Source: Octopus vulgaris
Taxonomy: Eukaryota
Reading direction: 5' to 3'
Assembly (NCBI GenBank): GCA_951406725.2
Contig: OX597825.1
Span: 51,894,001-51,958,000, forward strand
DNA length: 64,000 bases
Under the pieces are notes generated by a model. It saw only the letters and a list, made by a program, of their open reading frames with translations, had not been told where the DNA came from and did no database searches. Shown here one piece after another: positions 53,560 through 64,000 of the stretch. The translations under genes and the position numbers were made by a program. Every line of letters starts with the position of its first letter. Position 1 is the first letter of the stretch.

Positions 53560-56230
53560 GACTGTACAGGTTGCAACTTGAAGTTTAAATTTCAAGAATC
53601 TTAACTTTTACTGAAAAATGTGTTTTAAACTTTATTTTGGGTGTTAAATGGTTAACCAGGTGTAATGTTTGCTCTTTTTCATTTGTTCTGTGACATAAAG
53701 GACTACTAAAGAAAAGCTGAACAGTCTTTCATGTTACATTTTATCTTCTATTACAGTAATTCTGAAGGAACTAAAATATCATACAATAAACTGATATTTC
53801 TGCTTTGTGAGTACAAAAGGGATCACTTCAGAAATAAAGAGCTTAAGTACTCTAATCTACCATCTATGATAAGACCAGGTTCATGCATTGCTAAACTTTC
53901 AGTACAAAATCTTCCTGAAAATTTCCTTTAAGTTTTGAGTAATGAAAACTGGAAAATTTCACTGGGAAATTGATGAAATCAGTTTTGATCCCACATTCAA
54001 GTCTAGCTCTGTACAATGAACAACATTTACTGCCTCTAGATTCGAATTACTTCATGATTTGAATTCATCTGAGATGTATGCAGAACTGCAAGTTTCAAGA
54101 TTAAAGGGCTGGAATTTACTGCAATGTGATATTAAAGTTTGTTTTCTACAACTGACATAATCAACTCAAAGAATGCTTCATCCATGGAAATAGACTTGTG
54201 TGCCTTATATAGATGTGAATTCAGTTATAGAGCTTTTGATTCTGAACATAATATCATAGAATGGGAATTGTTCATTGATTCCTCAAAATTCAGTTTTAAA
54301 GTAGTCATTCTTTATAACAGAAATGATAGAATTTCCCTTTTGTATGTATTGCAAATGCTGTTAACATATGACAATATGATGTTGCTTTGAGAAGAGCTTC
54401 AATTTCAGAAATATAAATAGAATATCTGTGGAGATGTGAAGGTTTTAACTTTTTTTTTTTCAGGGTTTCTTCTAGGTTACAACAATTGCTGTTGATTTTT
54501 ATGTAAATGGGACAACTGGAACAAGTAAAACCACTACTGTCAAAAGAATTGGTCAAAAGAAACATCATATTTTCCAAGCAAGAAGAATGTTTTGAACAGT
54601 TCACAGGCTGATCCTGACAAATCTTCTTCCTCCTTTACACATTAAGCCTGAACTCATGACGAACTTTGTTAAAGTGATGGATAAAGAATAAACTGGTTCA
54701 AATATAGAGAAACAGGTTTCCTCACATCAGTGGTTCAGATGGCATTTTTGTAGGTCCTGGGAGCAGAGGATTGTGAAAAGATAAACCATGTGAAAGAGAA
54801 TTGACAAAGCTGTGTGGCATAGTATCAAAGGTGTATGCAAAATCTTTCAGGGAAATCCCAAGCACTAAAGTTATTCGGAAATATTAGATGAGCTTCTCAC
54901 CAAATAATGCTGTGTAACATATTATTCAAGGGACACTCTTTTCACTCTCACCTGGATTTTTGTTCCAGATAATACGGGTACATTACATCACAAATATGAT
55001 GAGTGTTTCCCTAAGGATATAGGATATATATTTCTCATAAAAAAAAGTATTAGGTCATCCCATAGATAATGCGTTTTTTTAAACTTCTGCTATTTTTCAA
55101 AATTAAGATAAACAAAGTATTTTTTTAATCTAACATGTACTCTCCTTCAGTTTCTACAATGCTCTTCCATCTATCTGGTTGACTTGCAAGGACCCTTTTC
55201 TAAAATACTTTTCTCCGTGAAAAAAATACTCCTTCAGTACTGTTCTGACCTCATCTACAGAATTCATATTTTTATCATCCAAATGATTTTGATGACTATA
55301 GAATAAATGATTATCAGATGGGGCAATGTCCAGCAAATATGATGGGTTGGGCACATTTCCCATTCAAACTACTCCAGCCTTTGGAATGTCATCTTTGTAG
55401 TATGTGGCTGAGCATTATCCTGATGGAATAACACTTTTCATTTTGAAAAAGATGGTCATTTTTCTTCTAGTGCTGACTTGAATGACCAAATCCAAGTTCC
55501 TCTGCTAGTTTCTCAACAGCTACGATGAGATTTTGCTCCACCAAAGTTTGCAGGACATCCTTGTTGTGCTCTAAAGATCTTCGATGACAGCGCTCATCTT
55601 CTTGGCTGTAGTTTCTGGCTCAGAATTTATGGAACCACTGTTGACACTGGCTTACGCTAACTGTCCAATCCTCATATACTGCATTAATATTTCTCACACT
55701 TTCTGTCATAAAGCAAAATATGCTGAATATGCTCCTTTGCCACTTTCATTATAGCTTTGAATAAATAACTTAAAATCGAACTACACTCTTCCAAACTTGC
55801 ACTAAGAATAAGGACAAGATAAAATTACTACGTGCTTTTATAGCAAGTTGATGCAGATAGTTTATCCCATTCCCGTCTGACTTTTAGTTTGTCATCGAAA
55901 AAAATACATTATTTATGAGATGACTCAATATTTCAAGGCAACTAGAACCCTGGCATGTCTACTGACTACTACTGGGGTCTTATGAGAGTCATTTCAGAAG
56001 CATAGTATGGCCAAAAATCAAACTAAGATACTTTTAATCGATAAGTGTGTCTTTGTGATCATATTTTTATAAATATGCCATTTAACTGAGTCTTTCAAAC
56101 TTAATCTGCAGGCCATACAAGAAGCCGGACCTGATAAAGAATTGTTACAATCATAATTAGATTTAGCCGGTATTTTTAGGAAAATTGCTAAATTTCACTT
56201 ATTTGTGTGATTTAATGAGTAACCCAAACA
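53560..56230 (+). mobile_element. Decayed Chapaev3-like (CMC) DNA transposon interrupted by a mariner
   Basis: SRLKGWNLL, EWELFIDSSK, LPPLHIK..LM.NFVK.MDK, GIFVGP, HSHLDF, and after the insert FQGN*.PGM.TDYYW; superfamily assignment recalled from motif pattern. Confidence 0.65.
55048..55930 (-). mobile_element. Internally deleted mariner
   Basis: TIRs TAttaggtcatcccata / tatgagatgactcaaTA; HQDNAQPH, P.Y..DIAPSDNHLF. Confidence 0.88.
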
Positions 56231-56239
56231 CATGAGTTG

Positions 56240-56573
56240 GGACCCCCTTCAGTCATGACTGACCATAGGATTGAACCTAGAAAGTTACCCGCCCAGGCAC
56301 AAGTCCGGGCAAGGTTGTTTATGGAAGACCAGCAGTCGCCCATGCATACCGGCCTCCCCTCTCCACGCCACCAGTGTTATCCAAGGGAAAGCAACAGCCG
56401 ATACAGCTTGGCACCTGTGACGTTGCAACTCATTTCTACAGCTGAGTAAACTGGAGCAACATGAAATAAAGTGTCTTGCTCAAAAACACAACATGCAGCT
56501 CAGTCCAGGAATCGAACTCACAACCTCATGATCGTAAGCTCGATGCTCTAACCACTGAGCCATGTACCTTCAC
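56240..56573 (-). mobile_element. tRNA/CORE SINE (family C), well preserved
   Basis: Minus-strand tggctcagtggttagagc, gagttcgattcc, CORE-like ttgagcaagacactt. Confidence 0.88.
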
Positions 56574-56639
56574 AAACACATGAGTACATAATTATAATAA
56601 ACTAGTTATATAATTATAATAAACTCCACACACTTTTAA

Positions 56640-58800
56640 CTCAAGCTTTAAAAGGATCAATTTCGTTAGTTTGCAGCACTTTAAGTAGCATTTTTAGACC
56701 AGGATTGGTCTTGCATGTTTTGTTGCAGACTGGACATGTGGTGGGGCCTGCTGGCACTGGAAGTGCTGCCACACAATCTGTTAGTGCCTGTTGATTCTCA
56801 TGGGCCTTCAGGTTGTTTACATAGCCTGATTTGCTGAAGAAGACACGTTAACAAACATTACAGTTCCATTTACTTGTGTTAATAATGTCAGCTTATTCCC
56901 ATTTGCTTAGAGCTCTCTATAGTTTTGCATGCATCACTCATTCTTCATTCAACATTTTACACACTGACACAATCATAGTTCTCCAATTTGATTGATCCAG
57001 TGCTTCCTCTTCCAGATGATTGAATCAGTTCTCATAACCTTCAAGTTCTCTTTGATGCAGTCTCTCAAACTTTACCTGGGTTTATGTTGTGATTTTCTTC
57101 CTTGCACTAATGCACCATTAAAAATTTTCTTTAGGAACTTTTCATCCTTCATTTGCAAGAGGTTACCCACCCAGCACATCTGGTTTTTAACTGCAAATGA
57201 CAAACTAGTTGAGTAACCAGATTTCTTGAATATTTCATTGGTTGGTACGAGGGGCGTTCAATAAGTAATGCCCCTGACCCACTTCCCATAGCAGTAGAGC
57301 AACGAAACTTGGCCCAGTTATTAGTCTTTTTCTACATAGGAACCACCCAGAGTTACGCATTTCTCCCATCGTTTGATGCAGCTCTGGAGACCGTTTTATA
57401 GAAGACCCCAGCTTGGTCCTCCAACCTGAACGCGACTTCAGAAATCAAGGCTGCATCATCTGGGAAACGCTTTCCTTTCAAAAACAACTTCATGACTGGG
57501 AGGAGGTGAAAATCAGAGGGTGCAAGGTCAGGAAAGTAGGGGGATGGGGGAGGAGTTCATAGGCTCCTGCAATTGTGGTACCCTTTGCCGGAAATCTGTC
57601 ATCACTACTCCGTCCTGGTCCCAGAAGACTGTGAGCATGACCTTGCCAGCGGAGGGCTGCACCCTTGCCTTCTTTGGAGGGGGTGAGTCACGGTGCTTCC
57701 ACTGCATTGACTGGGCTTTGGTCTATGGATCATCGTGATGGACCCAGGTTTCATCCTGTGTAATCAGTCTTTTGAAAAATTTTGACTCATCTTCTTGGCA
57801 CATCTCCAAATTCACCCTCGAGCACTCGATGCGTTCTTGCTTCTGGAAAGGCGTGAGCAACCTGGGAATCCATCTGGCAGATACCTTTTGCATATGCAAA
57901 TGGTCATGAATGATAGTTTCCACAGACCCGGTACTAATCTTGACCTCATGGGCTATTTGGCGAATAGTTATGCGTCGATCTTCCAAAATGGCAGCCTCAA
58001 CAATGGCAGAAGGGGGGGACCAGATCTGGGAGCTGTTTCCACAGAGTTCCGACCATGTTTGAATTCACGATGCCAGCGTTTTAAAAGGTCATATGATGGG
58101 GCATCATCACCATAAGTTACTTTCATTTCATCAAAAGTCTCCTGTGGTGTGCGTCCTTTCAAATACAAAAACCAGATCACTGCTCGACACTCAACAGGCT
58201 CCATTTAACACTTGACTTGGTTCAAACACCTGTAAATCAGAAACCACAATTAATTCAGTGGTGTAATTTGCCACTTACTCTATAGAGATATAAATGATTG
58301 CTCATGCAAAATTTCAGCTAGATCAAACAATTGCAAGTGGGTCAGAGGCATTACTTATTGAACGTCCATCGTATTACACTTGTCCACTTCACACCCAGAA
58401 TTCACCTAAACCATTTCTTATGGAATCTCTCAAGTAATTTCAGATGGTTCTAGTAAGCTGTCCATATCTCACTGCCCCACAGTTGGGTGGTTATGATGCA
58501 AGCTTCATAGACACTTGTTTTTATCTGAAAGGTAATGCATCTGTTTGAACACACTCTTCTGTCCAGTGTGCCCCAAATGCAGTGCTTACATTCTGTATTC
58601 TCAGATACATTTTAGTTTTTGAGCATCCATCTTTTGACAGGGTGCAACCAAAATACAACAAAGACTTTATGATTTCCAATCTTCTATGACTACAAATATT
58701 TGTTTCAGTGTCCTGCTCACCAGGTGCAGGTGTAAACATCCCTTTTGTTTTATCCAAACCAATTCTGAGATCAAATCGAACACAGTCTTTAATGTTAGAT
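56640..58800 (-). mobile_element. RTE (BovB-like) LINE 3' part split by a mariner
   Basis: RLEIIKSLLYFGCTLS...RIQNVSTAFG; ILGVKWTSVI|PTNEIFKKSG reads across the mariner TA site. Confidence 0.8.
57246..58373 (-). mobile_element. mariner transposon (irritans/Hsmar2-like) with internal deletion
   Basis: TA-CGAGGGGCGTTCAATAAGTAATGCC TIRs; RAVIWFL..KG, WIPRLL, ITQDETWVH, SAGKVM, DLAPSDFHL. Confidence 0.95.
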
Positions 58801-59033
58801 TATCTATCTTTCTAGAAGAACTGTCTTCACTGTCAAAAACAATGGCAGCCTACTCTAGGAAATTTATTTCATCCATAGATGGGATGCTGACAGGCGCTAC
58901 CATTCCAGACCAAAATGAACCTGGGATTCATGGTAACTGAGGGGGGATTCCATGTTCTCCATAATTCTAGAACTTCCAAGCTGGAGCCTCACTACTAGAT
59001 GCAGTTTTATATCCTTCTCCTCCTCCTCCTCCT

Positions 59034-59073
<40 letters not shown>

Positions 59074-59176
59074 TTCACCATTTAGCATCTGTTTTCCACG
59101 CTGTGATAGGCTAGAAGGTTTGACAAGAACTGGTAAGGCCAGAGGCTACACCAGATTCCATAATCTGTTTCGGCTT

Positions 59177-59214
<38 letters not shown>

Positions 59215-59339
59215 CACACACGCATATACATATTAGGAAAGAGTAGGTGAATCTACTGGGAAGTGGGTACTAGTGTGGTATCATAGTACTTGGCTTAGTT
59301 CAAATGGTAGAGGAACTTTCTAGTGAATGTACAAAGTAC

Positions 59340-59641
59340 AAAATCATAATACACTTCTGTGTGCTTTGCCTTGTGTTTGGAGATCGATCGTAAGAAATCA
59401 AGAAGTAAGAAATATGTGATGAAGTAATCTCCGTTCTCTTAAGAGACATTTGAAATATCCAGCTGTGATCATTAGGTTGTGTTACAATAACTACATTTCA
59501 TGTGGCGCCGCCTACAAGAATATTCCTGAATATTTCAGCCATTAATTCTGTTCAATTCGTTCGTTACATCTTCATCCAAGTTTTTAGAATAACATTTTGA
59601 AGTTGTTCAATAAAGAAGCAACATGGCAGTAAAGATTTTTG
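59340..59641 (-). pseudogene. Candidate upstream pseudo-exon
   Basis: gaaatag| acceptor; QKSLLPCCFFIEQLQNVILKTWMKM*...CLLRERRLLHHIF with stops and a frameshift. Confidence 0.4.
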
Positions 59642-62526
59642 CTATTTCGTTACTTTTTTTTTCTGATTTAATATGTTGGATAGTGAAAAAGGAAGGAAAG
59701 AAAAAACAACTTAAATTTCTTCTAAAGAATCTATCAAAGCTAACACTTCAGATAACAGATAATTATTTTCTTTCATACTTTGGGGGCAAACATTTGTCAT
59801 GTATTTTATGAAAATACTCTTCAGAATAGAAAGTTGAATTAACATAATGTTCTGATACTGATACTCTTCAGTTTCATTGCTCTCTCTCTCTCTCTTCTCT
59901 ATTTCAAATTACATTATTACTGCTGATTTTTCACTTTATAAAATGTCTGCAAACCACAATGTGATGCATAACGAAATGCACCTAAATTCAGTGTCATACC
60001 TTTAGACACGTGAGAGTAGACTCTTTCTCAGGATAGATCATTAATCTCTTTCAGGCAGTGGTAGAGAGTTCTTTAAATCTTAGTGCGTAGCATGACAAAG
60101 GTCATCTAAGGCTTTGAATGTGTGTGGTTTATCTCAAGACTAATGAGACTGGTGGATCTCTTACCTCATCAAGATATACCACAAGAGAAGTTTAATTTAG
60201 TATTCCATGCTAAAACCAGATCATCTAAAAATTTAACTCCAGAAGCTAGAGAAGGCATATTTGTGTGTGTGTGTGTGTGTGTGTGTAAGTGTGTATACAC
60301 ATACATACGTCCATACATATACATACACACATATATCATCATCACCATCGTCTTTTAACATCTGTCTTCCATGCTGGCATAGGCAGGATGGTTTGACAGC
60401 AGCTGGTAAATCAGAGGCCGGTGCCAAACTCCACTCTCTATGTTGGCATAGTTTCTTATGGCTAGACTACTTTGCAGAGTGGACTGAGTGTTTTTATGTG
60501 GCAGCAGCACTGGTGAAGTTACCAAGTAACTTGCAAGAAAAGGATCCTTAAACTGAGAGAAGGAGTAGTATTGAGGGAGGTGGCTTTGTGCCAGAGGATG
60601 AGTAAGAGCTTGACAGGGGGAAAAAAACAAGTGTCTTAGTTTAGAGGAGATATATGGTTACCTCAGTCAGAGTGAGTGAGAAAGAGAGAGAGAGAGAGAG
60701 AGTAAGTAAGAGCAAGAGAGACAGTGGATATACTCTTAATGTACAAGGGTGTAAATGGAAAGGTAAAGGATTGCCCAAAGAGCATGAGTAGGAAGTATAC
60801 AAAAGTGCAAAAGGGTTGGAGAAATGGAGTAAGTGGTGAAACATACTGTGTCTGAAGAGGGGAGCAGCTACATAGCAATGATAAAGCTGGTAGGGAGAAA
60901 GACAAGATTAGGCTGTAGGAGTGGGGAGAAAGACAATATTGGGCTGTAGTGCATGAAGAAGAGGAGAGGAAGAGGAGATATAGTATGGTTCACTAGAGGT
61001 AGGGTGTGTGAATTAATGTTACATGCTGGTGGGTTACACTGCACTTCCAGAATGCAGTTCTGCTGAAGTGGATGGGTCTTCTCAAGAACCTCATATTGCC
61101 AGACATCTCAGTCCATTGTCTTATTCTTTATGAGGTCCAGCATCTTGAGATAAGCCCTCACTACATTAAACCATGTCTTTCTGGGTCTCCTTCTTCCACT
61201 GGTGCCATCCTCTTTAAGCATTTGCAGCAAGAGAAACATAAACATATTTATCAAAAGAAAAAATCAAAAAGGTGGTTTGTAGGAATGATAGAGTATTGAA
61301 CAAAGATCATGTCCCCAGGATATTTGTTAGCCAGATATACTTTGCTTTTCATATATCTGGAGTTAATTAATAAGATAGGTACAAAGAAGTTGGGTCTAAG
61401 GAAGTCTAATGCCAACACTTTCCAGCACTTAGACTTTTTAAATCTACTACAGTGCCACTCGTTTCTTAGAATTTGGTGTTGTACCACCTACACTCTACCT
61501 TACCTGACTCACACATATTTTTCTTCACATTCTTCGTATTGTGTCCACTCAACTCTCCTTTCTATACCTACGTTTTCTATCAATTTCAAACATTTTTGTC
61601 ACTTGCTGCTCAAGAAATGTTCTAAGTTTTTATTAGGTTTTCATCAATATCACAATAATTTATCTGACACAAATGTTATGAGAGCTACAAAAAACCTCAG
61701 AAAAACATTTCTTCTATATCTAAATAGTTCTAAGGTTGAACTTATAAAAAAAAAAAAGAAATGAAATAGGTTTAAAATATGACACTTAAACCTCTTATGG
61801 TGCTAAGTATAACCCAGAAACTTTACAAATCCAATTCAAACTTTAAAATCCTTTTTCCTCAATGAAAAATTTCAGAGTTTCTTCTCTTACCATTGATTTT
61901 ATGCTAAAATCAATACTGTGTAATGTATGTTGTCCTGTTATGAAGGTTATGTGGCTGGCATTGTAAGGCATTTATCAATTTATGGAACCTTACATTTATC
62001 AATATCTCATATTCTATTCTCTGATATTTTATTCCACACTACTTTATAACACTCTCTTTCTCTCTTTTTCTCCCTTTCTCTTTCCTCTCCTTTTCTCTCC
62101 CATCTCTCTTTTCCCCTTTTCTTTCTCTCTGTCAATCTATCTCTTTGTAAGCTCTCACCTTTCTTTCTAAGAAATAAACATTCTTCAACCTCTTACGTAG
62201 TTTGGTAGTTTCTGCTTGTTCTAGGGTTATTGCATTTTTGAGCCAGGTCAGTCTGATCAAAGCCAATCAAACCATGACCAACCTTGATGCATATACAAAA
62301 ATAATGTAACCCAAATTATTTTAATCATTTTATCCATTTTAAGAAAGAAAGATGTGTAATTTGTGGAAGATTTGACTGCTGTTTCTGGTATATCAGGTTA
62401 CCATTTAGAGACTTCCATAAAGGTTTGTTCAATTACCCGCAGGAGTAGGTGTTTGTATGACATCACAACAGTATAAATGTTTATCTGTTTAGTTGGAAAT
62501 GTGATTGTGGGATTGCTTGCTAATAT

Positions 62527-62735
62527 TTATTTCTTTATTACCCACAGGGGGCTAAACATAGAGGGGACAAACAAGGACAGACAAAGGGATTAAGTCGATT
62601 ACATCAACTCCAGTGTGTAACTGATACTTATTTAATTGATCCTGAAAGGATGAAAGGCAAAGTCAACCTCGGTGGAATTTGAACTCAGAATGTAACGACA
62701 GACGAAATACTGTTAAGTATATCGCCTGGCATGCT
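62527..62735 (-). mobile_element. SINE family A
   Basis: Matches 46365-46587. Confidence 0.85.
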
Positions 62736-62739
62736 TGGT

Positions 62740-63120
62740 GTTGCTCTTGATGTCCTCATTGTCCTTCCTGCCCCTCTTCCTCCACCTCCTCCTCCACCAC
62801 CACCTCTTCCACCTCTCTTCCTCTCCTCCTCCTCTCCCCCTCATCCCCTCCTCCCCTCCTCCTTTCCTTCTCTCCTCCCCTCCACCACCTCCACTCCTCC
62901 TCCTCTACCTCCTGCTGCTACTACTACTACTACTACTGTTCTGATAGTAGTAGTAATAGATATCCTTGTCACTACTATTGCTATACTTACAGACAGTGCT
63001 TGTGGTAATACTAAAGTTGTTAATATTAGTGTTACTATGACTATATTCTGTTCTTACTACTACTATGGTTTACTACTATTATTATGGTTAATGCCGCCAT
63101 TGTTAACACTATTATTGCTA
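62740..63120. repeat. (CCT)n/(ACT)n low-complexity tract
   Basis: Seen directly. Confidence 0.85.
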
Positions 63121-64000
63121 TCTCTGTATAATAGTAGTAGATATAAATGTTGGTTGGTTGGTTCGTTGGTTTTTAAAGTCATGCCTTATATCATATAGAG
63201 AGGGATACAGAGAGAGAGAGAGAGAGAGAGGTAGCAAACATAAGAAGGTGCAGCATAAGTGCAAATACTTGCCTTGGTGGCAAGCAATGAGTAAAGAGCA
63301 CTGCACACACACTTGCATGCATGCACGCACAGAGGAAAATAATCATTAACAGAGAAGGAAGAGGAGTAAATGTCAAATAGTTGGTGAGTGAAAGAGAGAA
63401 AGAATGAGGAAGGAAAGCAAACAGCTCCAAACAGTATAATAGAGCATAAATAATATAACAGAAATAACCATTATAAGACAAAGTTGAGGTGATAAAAGGG
63501 AGAGGTGAGAGAGAGTTGGGTGAGAAGATGAGAGGTAAAGGAAAAATATGATGAAAGGAAAAAACAGGTAGAGGGAAGAGAGGAAAAGGATAGATAGAGA
63601 GATAGACAGAAGAGAGAGACAATCATTCATAAACTTATTATGGAAGAGCTTAAAGCATATCATATTAGAAAAGTTGTTTGAAAAACAATGAAAACGGTGT
63701 AATAAAGACAAGAGTCATCAATTGAAAGTGTATTTCAGTTTGAAACATAAAACAATAACAAGTTTTATAGAGATGAATAAGCATAAAAATATCTTCATAT
63801 ATAATGTAAACAAAGAAATGTGTTCATATAAGATAGAAATAAACAGAGATGCATTCTGAAATATTTGTGTGTGTTTGTGTGAGCAACATGTGTATTAATA
63901 TATACTCATTCAAATATATAAACGTATATTCAAATACACATACAACATACATTTGCAAATATATATGTAAACATACATATACATGTAAGCATACATATAC

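Larger units (their letters stand above)
19563..59641 (-). pseudogene. Unprocessed multi-exon pseudogene; family not established (tentative CCDC142-like resemblance)
   Basis: About 20 exon-like segments with phase-consistent junctions: 53039/52916 G|TG, 51048/50531 AA|G, 50378/49945 phase 0, 49839/49610 AT|A, 47963/47763 T|AT, 28012/27827 G|AT, 27721/26280 phase 0, 24702/22880 A|GC, 22775/22022 CA|A. Many internal stops, frameshifts and mutated acceptors. Confidence 0.7.

Noticed and set aside
61251-61487. Further upstream exon of the pseudogene
   Set aside because: Weak acceptor and no clear donor or phase link.
62731-63198. Proline-rich protein ORF
   Set aside because: (CCT)n/(ACT)n low complexity directly after a SINE; no splice or domain evidence.

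Overview
AT-rich, microsatellite-laden animal genomic DNA with no intact host protein-coding gene. The repeat make-up (tRNA/CORE-type SINEs with (GAT)n tails, abundant (TA)n/(CA)n) suggests a coleoid cephalopod such as Octopus; this is an inference. Most short ORFs in the track are microsatellite artefacts. The real content falls into four groups. (1) At least six Penelope-like retroelement (PLE) copies: a near-complete Neptune-type RT+GIY-YIG copy (37.8-40.9 kb), a minus-strand copy with an inverted pLTR (41.7-44.2 kb), and Naiad-type fragments. One Naiad-type copy has a ~280-codon Ser/Thr/Asn-rich tract between the GIY and YIG motifs and a TGA at a conserved Cys position. (2) Several minimal hammerhead-ribozyme motifs at PLE ends, including one behind a tRNA-like Pol III head, an inverted pair, and a G3-C8 core variant. 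(3) Decayed mariner, Tc1, piggyBac, Chapaev3-like and Helitron DNA transposons plus RTE, CR1-like and RLE-clade LINE fragments, some nested. (4) A long chain of splice-phase-consistent, stop-riddled exons on the minus strand, i.e. an unprocessed pseudogene (weak, unverified resemblance to CCDC142). All calls are by eye; boundaries of decayed elements are approximate.
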